Below, piece after piece: positions 8,646 to 21,119 of a stretch of DNA of 64,000 nucleotides. Position 1 is the stretch's first letter, and the number at the start of each line of letters is the position of its first letter. This DNA is from an uncultured delta proteobacterium. Lineage in GTDB: Bacteria > Desulfobacterota > Binatia > UBA9968. The stretch is from positions 352,001 through 416,000 of the forward strand of contig CAWDPO010000043.1 in assembly GCA_963804165.1 (NCBI GenBank). The letters run 5' to 3'. The position numbers were made by a program, and so were the translations under genes. The notes under the pieces are model-generated. The model did no database searches. It was not told where the DNA came from and worked only from the letters and a program-made list of their open reading frames with translations.

Positions 8646-11600
8646 CAAATTTCTCTTGGTTGAGCGGCAGAGTAAAAGTGAATGTACTGCCCTTGCCGAC
8701 TGCGCTTTCCACCCAAATCTTCCCGCCATGCAGTTCGACAAACTTCCGAGTGAGGGTTAATCCGAGTCCCGTCCCTTCGCGTTTTTTGGAATAATCGGTG
8801 CCCACCTGACGAAACTCTTCAAAGATCGTCTCTTGGTTTTCCGGGGCGATGCCGCTCCCCGTGTCGCTCACGGAGATCTCTACCGCTCCGTTGGTGAGCG
8901 CGGCATCGACGTCGATACGTCCACCTTCCTCAGTAAACTTGACTGCATTCGATAAGAGATTCAAAAGAATTTGCTTGAACTTTCTCTCGTCACCGATGAC
9001 CTCGCCCAACCGCTCGTCTACGGTATGCCGTAGCATGACACCGTGCCGTGTCGCCCGTTCTCGTATGAGAATCAGCGCGTTGTCGATCGCAGTTGGTATG
9101 TCAAACTTCGTCAGATCCAATTCCATCCGCCCCGCCTCGACTTTGGACAGATCCAGAATATCGTTGATCAGCGAAAGAAGATGGCGCCCTGAGGAGACGA
9201 TATCGTCCATATACTCGTTCTGCTTGTCGTTCAGTTCGCCGAACAGCTTCTCCGAGAGCACTTCCGAGAATCCGATGATAGCGGTCAATGGCGTGCGCAG
9301 CTCGTGGGACATGTTGGCAAGAAATTCTGATTTATGCCGGTTAGCCGTCTCAATCTCACGGCTTTTGTCCTCGATCTCACGAAACAACCGGGCATTTTGG
9401 ATCGCGAGGGCGGACTGAGTCGCAAACGTCTGAAGCAGATTCACAATTTCCGGTTCGAAGTTTCCAGCCTGCTTCCGCCAAACGGTTAGACCTCCCATGA
9501 TTTGCTGTTCGCGGAAAAGCGGGATCGACAGAAGAGATCGATATCCCAGCCGCGTAAGCATCGGCCGCACTCTCGTCCCGGTGTATTCACGCTGATCTAA
9601 GATATCCGGGACCTGGACTGGCGCGCGTGTCGTTACCGCTTGTCCTGTAACACCTTCACCCAAGCGTATCGGCGCTGCCCGAAGCGCATCGACCACTTCT
9701 TCTTCCATCCGGTGGCTCGCTCTCAGATGAAACTCTTGAGTTGATTCATCGTATTCGTAAATGACGCCGCAATCGGTTCCGGAAAGTTGGACGGCGTGAG
9801 CAACAATAGTGGCGAGAACCGTTTCGAGATCCAGAGTGGAGCTGACCGCTTGACCGACTTCGCCTAAGGCTTTGAATTCCCCAACGGATCGAGCCAACTC
9901 GCTTGTCCGCTCTTCGAGTTCTTGAAACAGCCGACGTTCTCGATGGCGATCACCGCTTGGTCGGCGAAGGTTTCGAGCAGCTTGATCTGCGCCGCGGTGA
10001 AGGGGCGTACCTCGGTGCGACGTGCGATCAGTAGCCCCAATGAGTTCCCCTTGCTGGCGAAGGGGAACGCCTAAAAGGTGCGCCAGTTCGCTGACGGAAC
10101 CCAACTATTGGGATAATCGTTCTGCTGCGCGGCAGGTCGGGAATGTGCAGCGTCCCATGCTCGCGCATCCAGCGGATGACTGTCGGCTCATCGATACTGA
10201 TCTCGACCCGCCCAGCTGGGTATGGATATCGGACCAAAATGAGCCCGCGAAACCAGTAGCGTTTCCCTCGCGGAGCCGCAGTCACCACGTCATCAATCCC
10301 ACAAACCCGGGCGGCGCTCTCGACGATGGCGTCGAGCACCGGCTGCACGTCCGTGGGCGAGCGGCTGATGATGCCGAGCACCTCGGCTGGTTGCGGTCTG
10401 ATGCTCCAGCGCTTCGCGCAACTCGCGTTGCGCTCTTGCAGTTCCTTGAAACAGCCGCACGTTCTCGATGGCGATCACGGCTTGAGTCGGCAAAGGTTTC
10501 AAGAAGCTTGATCTGCTCGTCTGTGAAAGGACGAACTTCCAGCCGGCGGATCGTTGATCACTCCGATAGGCACTCCCTCGCGCAAGAGCGGTGCGGCCAA
10601 TATCGTTCGAATGCCTGGCGCTCCGTGAAGCTCACACGCTCAGGAAAATCTTTTGCGACCACTGCGGCTAGATCCTCAATGTGAATCATCCGTCGCTCGA
10701 GCAACCGCAGCGACCAATGACTGACTGCCATCGATGCTGAAATCAACGCAGCTTCCACGGCTGATGGCAGCCGTAATGCGCCGCGTGTCTGAAAGCATCA
10801 TCTCCTTCGACGTAGTCGAATCGTTGCGTCCTCCGCGTCACACACCCGCGCGGCGTTTTCCGCGACCACATCCAGCACCGGATGGATATCCGTCGGCGAG
10901 CTGGCGATGACACCCAGGATCTCAGCTCGTCGCCGTCTTGCTGCTCCAACGATTCCTTGAGTTCTTTGAACAGACCGCACGTTCTCGATGGCGATCACCG
11001 CCTGGTCGGCGAAGGTTTCGAGAAGTTTGATCTGCGCCGGAGTGAAGGGGCGCACCTCGATGCGTCGCGCTTCCAGATTCGTCCAATGAATTCCTCTTGC
11101 TGAACGAAGCGGAGTGGACAAGTAACGTGCGAAACCCGCTGACCAGCACCCAATCTCGGGAAATCGTTCTGCGCAGCACGGACATCGGTGAACGTGGAGC
11201 GTGCCATGCTCGCGTATCCAGCGAAACCATGGCCCATCAATACTGATCGTCGACCCGCCCAGCAGGTATGGATATCGGACCAAAATGAGCCCGGGCGACC
11301 ATACTTTCTCCCTCCCGGAGTCGCAGCATTACATCATCAATTCCGCAAACCCGTGCTGCACTCTCGACGATGGCGTCGAGGACCGGCTGCACGTCGGTCG
11401 GCGAGCGGCTGATGATCCCGAGCACCTCGGACGTCGCGGTCTGATGCTCCAGGGCTTCGCGCAATTCCGCATTGCGCTCGCCGAGCTCTTTGAACAACCG
11501 CACGTTCTCGATGGCGATCACGGCTTGATCCGCGAAGGTCTTCGAGCAGGGCGACCTGCTTGTCGTGCAAACGGTCGTACCTCTGTCCGGCGGATCATGA

Positions 11601-13686
11601 TGGCGCCGACGGGGAATCCCTCTCGCAATAGCGGAACCGCCAGCAACGTCCGAATACGCCAGCCGCTCGTCGGTGCGCCTGACCTCGGCGTAGTCCTCGT
11701 CTAGCACGGCCAGGCTGTCGTGGATGTGGACGGGCTCGCGCTGGAGAATGGCTCGGCCAATCAGCCAGCTGCGATCGATCGGGCGAGTCTCGCCGACCGC
11801 AAGTATTGGGGAGACCACCCCATAGCTTGCTACCTTCCGCAGGTTGTCGCCCTCAACCCGATAAATCTGCGCGTCACTCGAATCACATAATCGGGCCGCA
11901 TTTTCGGCCACAGTGTCGAGTACCGGCTGGATATCGGTCGGCGAGCTAGCGATGACGCCCAGGATCTCACTGGTCGCAGTCTGTTGCTCCAACGCCTCCT
12001 GTGGAGTTCTTGGAACAACCGCACGTTCTCGATGGCGATCACGGATTGGGAAGCGAACGTTTCGAGAAGCTTGATCTGCTTCTCTGTGAACGGGCGAACC
12101 TCTTTACGGCGGATATGAATCGTCCCGATAGGAATTCCCTCGCGCATCAACGGCGTGGAAAGCATTGTCCTGACACCGAGACTTCTAGCGTACGTTGCTG
12201 GAAAGTCATTCTCTGCCAATGCTGCCAAGTCATGAATATGAAGAGTTCGCAGATCTATCACGGTTCGGCCGGGTACGGAGTCGCGATCCATTGGCACGAG
12301 CCGACCCTCACCCCGCCGTGTCGGCAGCGACCCGTAGTTGGCCACCGATAGAAGCTTGTCGCCATCAATGCGATGAATCACGGCGTCGGTTGCGTCGCAC
12401 AGTCGCGCTGCATTCTCCGCCACTATATCCAGCACTGGCTGTACGTCGGTCGGTGAGCTGGCGATCACGCCCAAGATTTCACTGGTAGCCGTCTGCTGTT
12501 CCAACGCCTCTTTAAGTTCTTGGAACAGCCGAACGTTTTCGATAGCAATCACCGCCTGATCAGCGAAAGTCTCCAGCAACTTGATCTGCACGGGGGTGAA
12601 GGGGCGCACCTCAATGCGACGCGCGTTCATCGTTCCAATGAGTTCTCCATGTTGGCGAAGTGGGACGATCAGGAAAGTACGTGACCGAGCGCCGGCTGAG
12701 GAACCCAGTGTGGGAAAGTCGGTTTGCTGCGCGCGGATATCGGGTATATGGAGCGTGCCATGCTCGCGAATCCAGCCAAAATGCACCTCATCAAGACTGA
12801 TTTTCAGCCGGCCAGGGGCTATTGCCACAGGACCAAAATGAGCCCGTGCAACCATCGCGTTCATTTCAATCAGTCGGAGGACCACGTCATCAACCCCACA
12901 AACCCGCGCAGCACTCTCGACGATTGCGTTCAGCACCGGTTGCACATCCGTCGGCGAGCGGCTGATGATACGGAGCACCTCGGACGTCGCAGTCTGATGC
13001 TCCAGAGCCTCGCGAAGTTCCGAATTAGATGATTCCAGCTCAGTGGTCTTTTGTGTGAGTTCTTGAAATAGCCGAGAATTCTCGATCGCGATCACCGCCT
13101 GGTCAGCAAAGATTTCCAATAGTTTGATTTGTCGTTCTGAGAAAGGACGAACTTCCGGACGGCGGATGAGGATCGCTCCGATGGGAACACCCTGTCTAAG
13201 CAACGGTGTTGCGAGTGCAGTCCTATTGCCGTGGCGCTGAGCAAGTTCCCGTGCCCGTGGATACTCTGATACTGGGGTATTGAAGATGTCATGAATATGG
13301 ATCGTTTGTCTGTCCAGCATCGATCGTCCCGCGAGTGTGCCCCGGTCAAGCGGGACATGCTCCTGGCGGGGATTGACAGAAACGGGACCGTAGGATGCGA
13401 TAACCCCCTGCCCGTCGTCATGAAGACGGAGTATTTGCGCGTCGATAGAATCGCACAACCGCGCTGCACGCTCGGCAATCGCGTCGAGTAAAGACTGAAG
13501 ATCCGCTGGTGCCTTGGCAATCATCCGCAGGATGTCGCTGGTGGCTGTCTCCCGTTCGAGTAACTCGTCGCGCTCGCGCCGCAATGACTGAATATTTTCC
13601 GCTTGTTTCGGCTGAGACTTTTTCACCACAGACCGGCGCGGTTTTGCCTTTTTACTTTTAGAGCCCTTTTGGGTCGTGGTTGCCAT
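8617..13686 (-). CDS. Poly-GAF (8 GAF domains) sensor histidine kinase, broken by many frameshifts
   Basis: Eight GAF-ending motifs ([12 protein letters not shown]-like) about 520-550 bp apart, then [35 protein letters not shown]. Split over ORFs 11830..13758, 11237..11992, 10798..11283, 10028..10381 and 8617..10104. Confidence 0.85.
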
Positions 13687-13892
13687 AAACGAAGACCGAA
13701 ACGGAGATGCTGGTCGGGGAGAATCTGGAAAAATGTCAGGATTACGCTGCAGCAACACGCTCCCCCAGCGCCTGAAGCTGACTTTTACTTCAGGTGGCTG
13801 GTGGCGTCAACGAAGAAGGTCAAGTTTGCGGCTTGGTAGGAGAAGATTCAATCCGAAATCCGTCGCTGACGCAAAGACACAAAAATCGCCAG

Positions 13893-13922
13893 GATTGAAC
13901 TGAACGACGCCTCTGGGCAACG
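13893..13922 (+). repeat. 12-6-12 site (A type) at the right end of the array
   Basis: GATTGAACTGAA-CGACGC-CTCTGGGCAACG; left arm and spacer exact. Confidence 0.8.
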
Positions 13923-14094
13923 CCACTGAGCTCGATTAAATGCAAGCGCGACTGTCAGCGCGCATCTAGGAAGCGTTGCTGACGTAACCGAAAACATCTC
14001 GAACCTAGAAAACGCCCGGCTCTGCTATCAAGTTGACATCATTGACACCGTCAGATAGTCAACGATGGCAAAGCTGAAGGAGCCGGTCGTAACG

Positions 14095-15468
14095 ATGCCC
14101 AAAGACCTCCGCAGTTTCATCGCCCAACTCGAATCCAAATATCCCGAAGAAGTCGCCCGGGTGAGGAAACCGATCTCGCCCCGTTACGAGATCACGGCTT
14201 TGCTAACTCAGTTGGAAAAAGCAAGCGTTTTCCGCTGCTGTTCTGTGAGAACGTCGAAGGCAGCGATGCGCCGGTCGTCATCAATGTGCAAGCGAGCCGA
14301 AAGCTCATGGCGTTGGCACTGGAGTGTAAGCCTGAAGAATTCGCCGCCAAGTTCGCCGAACGCCAGAGTAAACCGATCGCGCCGGTGGAAGTGACCGATG
14401 GGCCGGTCCAGGAAATCGTCAATCTCGGCGATGATGTGGATCTGACAAAAGTGCCGCTGCTCACGCACTACGACGTCAACGCCGCGCCCTTATATCACGG
14501 CGGGCATCGTCGTCGCTGCCGATCCCGACAGCGGCGTCAGAAACACCAGCTATAACCGACTGATGATGGCGCGCAAACGCGAGCTGCGCATTTTCATGGC
14601 CATCGGCCGCCATCTCTGGACGCTGCACAACAAAATGGAGCGGCGCAGCGAGCCGCTCCCCATCGCTATCGTCGTCGGCGTGCATCCATTGTTCTCACTC
14701 GGCGCCCAAGCGTTTACGCCGTCGACGGACGACGAGTACGCCGTCATCGGCGGCATGATGGGCGAAGCCTTGCGCGTGGTGCAAGCGAAGACAGTACCGA
14801 TTTTGGTTCCTGCCGACGCGGAGATGATGATCGAAGGCAAGATCCTGCCCAACGTCCGGCGCGAGGAGGGACCGTTCGGCGAATTCACCGGCCACGCGGT
14901 AGCCAAAGACGATCGCCAGGTCATCGAAGTCACCGCGATCACGCACCGGAAAAACTATATTTTCCAAGACGTCCACGCGGGCTACACCGAGCATAAGCTG
15001 ATGGGCGCAGTGCCGCGCGAAGCCGCGCTGATCAAAGCCGTGCGCCAAACCGTGCCGACGGTGAAAAATGTCTGCATGCCGGTGTCGGGCAACTGCCGCT
15101 TTCATGCCTATATTTCGATTGCCAAGCGCACGCCGGGTCAGGCCAAGAACGCCATCTGCGCCGCCTTCGCCTCCGACATGCTGCTGAAGCACGTGATCAT
15201 CGTCGACGACGACATCGACGTCTTCGATGAAGAACAGGTGCTCTGGGCGGTATCGAACCGCTTTCAAGCCGATCAAGGCTTGGTCGTAATTGCCAATGCG
15301 CAAGGAAGCGAGCTGGATCCCTCCGCCGGCCCCGGCGGCGTCAACGCCAAGATGGGCCTGGATGCGACCAAACCGCTCACAGGTTTTGCTCCTGAGCTGA
15401 GAGTGCCCGAAGAAGTAATGAGGAAGATTCGACTCGAAGATTTCTTACCGAAATTCGCTAAAAAGTAG
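14095..15468 (+). CDS. UbiD family prFMN-dependent decarboxylase (frameshifted)
   Basis: MPKDLRSFI..., EEGPFGEFTG, VDDDIDVFD, ELDPS, KMGLDATKP; split over three frames. Confidence 0.88.
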
Positions 15469-15520
15469 GGGCGACCGGCGGTCGCCCGCAAGTTCAACTG
15501 CCGCGACAGAGCGCAGCAAA

Positions 15521-16496
15521 TTATTCCAACGAAAAGTTTGTGCCGACTTTTCGCTCCAACGCCCAGCGATAAGCCCAAGCGGTTGCTGTCGTGTCCCAGA
15601 TCGACATACCGACGGACTCGAAGACGATCGTCTGGTCAGCTTCGTTCGCGCGGGAATTTTCCCCAGACATCACGTCGCCCAGTTCGCCCGCGATTTGCGC
15701 GGCCGACCAAGTGCCATCAGCGATCATCGCCACGTAGGGCTGGCGCGGCGCTTCGCCGCCGAGCACTTCTTCTTTCCAAGACACAATCACGCGCGAGTTC
15801 GCGACCGTCTCGCGCGGCAGCTGCCCACTGGTGATCGAAACGACCAGCGCGCCCGGCGCGATCCATGCCGGCTCGATCACTGTCGAACGCGAACTGGTCG
15901 CCAGGCTGACGATCGGAGCGTTTTCCACGGCCGCCGTGGATCCGTCGACGGCTTCGACATCGATGCTCGAGCCAATCGCTCATCTCCTTGGCGAAACACT
16001 CGCGATGTTCTTCCGTCGGGCTGAAAACTTTTACCTTCTTCAACGAACTGGCAGCGCCCGGCGGATGGCGAGAATCTGGCCGCGCGCTTGGCGGCCGCTG
16101 CCGATCAGTCCGAGCGTATCCGCTCCTTTAGGCGCGAGGTATTTGCTCGCCACGCCGGCCGGCGCGCCGGTGCGCCAGACATTCAGCGCAGCGCCGGCGA
16201 CCAGCGCCAGCAAATCGCCGCGCTCGCCGTCGAAAGAGAAGATAAAATAGGCGTCCTTGGCGCCGCGAAACAGCGCGCTGATGCGCATGCCCTGCCCTGC
16301 CCGCGGCACGGCGGAAGTCGTGATGCGATATTTTTTCTGACGATCGATCAGACTGGTTTCCAGGCGCACCTGGCCGGCGACCGCGTCGCTGTTAAACGCG
16401 CGCATCGAGTCTTCGATGCGGTCGAGTAGACCGTCCATTGCCACCGGGTCGCTGTACAGCGGCGCTAGGTCTTTTTCGCTGAGCAATGAGCGGCAT
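15521..16496 (-). CDS. Ornithine cyclodeaminase/mu-crystallin family protein (frameshifted)
   Basis: RTGAPAGVA, LGLIGSGRQA, IVSLATSS, GELGDV, FESVGMSIWD. Confidence 0.85.
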
Positions 16497-16814
16497 AGAT
16501 TCTCTTGCGCTTAGTAGTCGATTTCATAGACCGCATGAATTTTACCGATTCGTCCATATTTGAGCAACGTGCGCCTTAATACGATTTACCGGAGTCTACT
16601 TCACTGTTGACACTCGTCTGGCTTACTGACGCAACCCGTCCGACGCCGCACGACAGGGCAAATCGCTATGCTTGACTTCCGTTGTGTGAGCTTGTCGAAG
16701 CATATGCATCGAAGCAGTTATCGCCCTTTTTCATTTCGGATTGCGCATGGGGGTCGACATAATGTAACATCATTGAATCTTTTTCTAGATTATTATTTTA
16801 TTTAGAAGTTCCAG

Positions 16815-17832
16815 ATGGGCATCCAGTCTAGTAGAGAAACCAAGGCCCAGCTGCTGCGCGGCGTCGGTCCAGGACAATATCGACGTCGTCCAGAGGCGTG
16901 CAGCGTCAAACGGGCCAACGTGCAGGCACGCCGGTTACAGCTTCTGGCTATCCGGCGGCGCTGGTCGCCGCGGCGATCGCGTTTATCTGACGGTCCCGTC
17001 GAATCTCGTTACAGAGGCACGCGCCACTTCAGAGCGCAGCGCCGATCAGCCGGCACGCCGGCGATGAATATCGACGCAGACTCCGGAATCGGCCGCGCCC
17101 CTGTCCCATCCCCGTCCGATCGACCGCGGAGCCATGCCGCTGTCGATCAAGAGAATCGTCATCGACCCGGGCCATGGCGGCGAGCCCGGCGCGACTTCGC
17201 GAATCCGGGTCACGGAAAAAGAGATCACCTTGGATGTGGCGCTGCGCCTGCGCCGGCTCTTGGAGAATGAGCCCTTGATGTCCTGCTGACGCGCGAAACC
17301 GACCAGCGCGTCTCCCTCGACAAACGAGTGGCTTTCGCCAACGAAAACAAAGCCGATCTGTTCCTTTCGATCCACGTAAACTGGATGGAGCCGCACACTA
17401 TCCGCGCCTTGGAAACCTATTACGTCGGCCCCACCGACGACCCGGCCACGCTCAAGCTGGCCAGCAGGGAAAACAAGGACTCGGGCTATTCGCTGTCGGA
17501 CTACAAAAAAATCCTCGAAAAAATTTACGTCGACGCCCGGCACGACGAATCGCGCGCCTTCGCCAAACCATCCAAACCCAACTCTTTCATTCACTGAAAC
17601 CGAGCCAATCCCTGAACTGGAGAATCGCGGCGTCAAGACCGCGCCTTTCGTCGTGCTGATCGGCACGCAGATGCCGGCCATCTTGGTTGAGATCGCCAGC
17701 TCTGTCCAACGACGAAGAGGTCAAGTTGTTGACAAAAGAGGATTATCGCGAAAATATCGCCCTTGGCGCTGGCGCAAGGGATTCGACAGCTACGCCACGA
17801 GTTCAACATCACCCGACAGGAAAGGCAGTTAA
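16815..17832 (+). CDS. N-acetylmuramoyl-L-alanine amidase (Amidase_3), frameshifted
   Basis: Across frames: IVIDPGHGG, EKEITLDVA, LTR, FANENKADLFLSIHVN, RGVKTAPFVVL, MPAILVE. Confidence 0.85.
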
Positions 17833-17835
17833 TTC

Positions 17836-18870
17836 ATGGAAGAAAGCAATGAAGCACTCTGCGTGGGAATCGATCTTGGCACTTCGCGCAGCTCGATTTC
17901 GGCGTCCAACGGCGAGCGCCATGTGATCGACAGCTACGTCGGCTGGCCGCTCGATATGGTCGCGCGCAAACTGGTGAAAAAAGCCGATCTTGTCGGCCGG
18001 GAGGCCCTCGATAACCGCCCGATGCTCGACCTGCGCCGGCCGCTCGAACGAGGGCATCATGAAGGAAGGCTCGGAGAAAGATCAAGAGGCGGTGCAAGAA
18101 ATCCTCCGACATCTAATTTCCCTCGCCGGAATCAAGCAAAAAGGTAAAAACAAATCGAAAGTGCGCGCCGTGGTCGGCGTCCCCGCCGAGGCGTTCCGCG
18201 TGAGCCGGCAAAACTTGCGCAACACCATGGAAGGAATCGCCGACAGCGTCATGCTGGTCTCTGAGCCGTTCGCCGTGGCCTATGGCTTGGAGGCGTTGTT
18301 GCACGCCTTGGTCATCGACATCGGCGCCGGCACGGCCGATTTTTGCGTCATGCAAGGGCGTTATCCCACCGAAGACGATCAAAGAACTCTGCCCAACGCC
18401 GGCGATTCCATCGACGAGCAGTTGAACAAACTGGTCCGCGAACGCCACCCCGACGCGCAGTTTTCCATCCATATGATCCGCGAATGGAAGGAGAAATGGA
18501 GTTTTGTCGGTGAACCAAAAGATCGCGTCGTGGTCACCGTACCGATCAAAGGCAAGGCCAGTGAACTCGATATCACCCAGGAAATGCGCACGCGCCTGCG
18601 AAAGCATTCTGCCGCCCATCTGCGAGACCATGACGACTTGCTGACGAAAGTGGAGCCGGAATTTCAGGACAAAGTCCGCAATAACGTCGATCCTTGCCGG
18701 GCGGGACATCGCTGATCGTCGGGCTTACCGACGCGATCAACAAGGCTTTGAACGAGTTCGGCGGGGGGCGCGCCACGGTAGTCACAGATCCGGTTTTTGC
18801 CGGGTCCGACGGCAGCCTGGCCATCGCACGCGATGCCTCGAGCGCCGACTGGGAGAGGCTTTCGCTTTAG
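17836..18870 (+). CDS. mamK: MamK-like actin family ATPase (frameshifted)
   Basis: GIDLGTS, SYVGWPLD, RAVVGVPA, VSEPFAVAYGL, DIGAGTADFC, AGDSIDEQL, KEKWSFVG, PEFQDKVRNNV, DPVFAGSDG: MamK-type rather than MreB-type motifs. The symbol denotes family only. Confidence 0.82.
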
Positions 18871-19286
18871 ATGGAGCGACCGGCGGCGACGTTCCTAGCG
18901 CCGCCGCGATCAGCAATCGCCAATCGAACGGAGACGCAGATGGCGACTGGATTTCCGAGCTGCTGCTCTTTTCCGCCGGCATTACCGGCGGCATTTTATC
19001 GCATGCATCAAGCCCTATCTCCATGCCGCCAAAAAAACGCCGTACCGAGCTGGTAAGGGCGCGGGCGCGCATCTTCGCCGGTATGAAAGAGAAGCACGAC
19101 GAAGAAATTCTCGACGAAGCATTCCAAGCCACCGAAGCGATACGCGGCGAGCTCAACAAATCGCTGCAAACTTTACGAAAAACGTTAACCCCGTTCTGGT
19201 TCCCGCCGGCCGCTCAACGCCCCACCGAACAGACGCCGACTACCCCGCACGCCGACACGATCGATCGAAATCGCTACACATCGTAG
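18871..19286 (+). CDS. Hypothetical protein with N-terminal hydrophobic segment and helical C-terminus (frameshifted)
   Basis: Begins right after the actin stop; ELLLFSAGITGGIL segment followed by charged helical ORF 19023..19286. Confidence 0.5.
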
Positions 19287-19401
19287 CCGCATCTAGCTTT
19301 TTTCCGGGTCGCTTAAAAATTTCTACCTTCGTCTTGCGCTTCGGGATTAATTTGACAAGTAACACTCTCAAGTGACAAATAGTCGTGCGGAGGTATCCGG
19401 G

Positions 19402-20385
19402 ATGAAACTAATAAAGGGGGTATTGGCAGTTGCGTTGGCGCTGCTGCCGATCAAAGCTATGGCTGAAGACACCATCAATATCGGTCTGTTCAATCGCGAC
19501 GCGGCGATCATGCCGCCGAACGCAAAAACTTTCTCAAGCAGGAAAATATTCGCGTCGAGATCAACACGGTCACCGACTCGCCGACGCTGCTGCGCAATCT
19601 GATCAGCGGCAAGTACGGTCTCATCCTCAATAATGCGGACAACGTCATCGCTTGGGCCGAGGGCCAAGGCGAAGACCCGCAGAAAAACGACTTCGTGATT
19701 TTTCTCGGCGGCAGCCAGGGCGTCGATCAGAAACTCGTTGTCGCCCCCGGGATCAATGACTTTCGCGACCTCAAAGGAAAGCTTTTGGCCGCCGACGCGG
19801 TCACCACGGGCTATGCGGTTGTCGCCATGGCCATCTTGAAAAAGCATGGCCTCGAGTGGAAGCGAGACTATGAGGTGAAGTCTTTCGGCAACACCGCCGC
19901 GCGCGCCGATGCCATGAGCCGAGGCGACGCCTCCGGCGCGATGATGAGCATGCCGGACGAAGAGATCCAAAAACGCGGATTCAAAGTGCTCGCCCAAGCG
20001 GAAGATTACGTCAAACACTACGCCCGCGGGCTCGGCGCCACGCGCAGGGTGTGGGCCAATGCTAACGAAGATCTGGTCGTGCGCTTTACTCGCGCGATGA
20101 TCCGCGCCACGGATTGGCTGCAGGATGCCAAAAACAAGGATGAAGTCGATCCAGCTGTTGCTCGGCGAAACCAAGAACAATAAGGCCCGCGCCGAAGCTA
20201 TGTACGCGGCGACGCTAAGTCCGGCCATGGGCCTGACACCGCGCAGCCGCATCGATATGGAAGGCATCCGCACGGTGCTCGAATTGCGCGAAGTCGCCGG
20301 GCTGATGAAGCCACCCGTGCCAAAGCCGGAAAAATACGTCGACGACAGATTCTACAAAAAGGCGTTGGCGACTTTGGACAAGTAA
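19402..20385 (+). CDS. NitT/TauT-type ABC substrate-binding protein (frameshifted)
   Basis: Signal peptide, DLKGKLLAAD, RFTRAMIRATDW, KYVDDRFY. Confidence 0.8.
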
Positions 20386-20435
20386 GTTAGTTCCGTGGCT
20401 GGAAACCTCCGCGGAGATACCGCTCCGGGCCAGGG

Positions 20436-21086
20436 ATGGAGAAAATGAAACGCGCTTTTCTTCCTTTTCAAATGACGATCCTGCTCGCGCTGACCGCGGG
20501 CATCGGGCAACTCCCACCGGTGCAAGCGCAAGCGCCCCAGGGCAAACCCGTGACGATACGTGGCAAGATTGCCGCGGTTGAGAAAGGCGCGCTTAAGGTG
20601 ACCACTGCGGCGGGCGACGTCATGGTCAAGTTCGCCGACAATGTCCGCATCGGCGGGGTGGAAGCCGCCAAGTTTTCCGACATCGGCGCGGGAAACTACG
20701 TCGGCACCACCGCGGTCAAACAGGCGGACGGCACACTCAAAGCCCTCGAGATCCACATTTTTCCGGAAAGCTCGCGGGGCACCGGCGAAGGCCATCGGCC
20801 GTGGGATCTCCAACCCGGCTCGACGATGACCAACGCCAACGTCGAAAAGGTGGAGCAAGTCGCCGTGGAGAAAGTTCAAGGACAATTGCTGACTTTGAAA
20901 TATAAAGACGGCGAGCAAAAAATCTTTGTACCGCCCGGAACACCGATCGTAAAGAATGTGGCGGGCGATCAGTCCCTGCTGAAACCGGGCGCCGGCGTCT
21001 ATATTCCGGCGGTGCGCGGCGAAGACGGCACCCTTACCGCGACGCGCATCACCGCCGGAGTCGGCGCAACGATGCCGCCCATGTAA
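20436..21086 (+). CDS. Secreted hypothetical protein (DUF5666-like)
   Basis: Signal peptide; GTGEGHRPWDLQPGSTMTNA motif. Confidence 0.7.
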   Translation: MEKMKRAFLPFQMTILLALTAGIGQLPPVQAQAPQGKPVTIRGKIAAVEKGALKVTTAAGDVMVKFADNVRIGGVEAAKFSDIGAGNYVGTTAVKQADGTLKALEIHIFPESSRGTGEGHRPWDLQPGSTMTNANVEKVEQVAVEKVQGQLLTLKYKDGEQKIFVPPGTPIVKNVAGDQSLLKPGAGVYIPAVRGEDGTLTATRITAGVGATMPPM

Positions 21087-21119
21087 CCCCATGCGCATCG
21101 CAAGAATCCGCAGCCAAAA

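Noticed and set aside
2484-13922. GATTGAAC...-type repeats as a CRISPR array
   Set aside because: Spacing is 0.7-5.8 kb with whole genes between copies, and there are no cas genes.
17836-18870. Magnetosome gene cluster
   Set aside because: Only the actin is MamK-like; no other mam/mad/feo genes are in the window.
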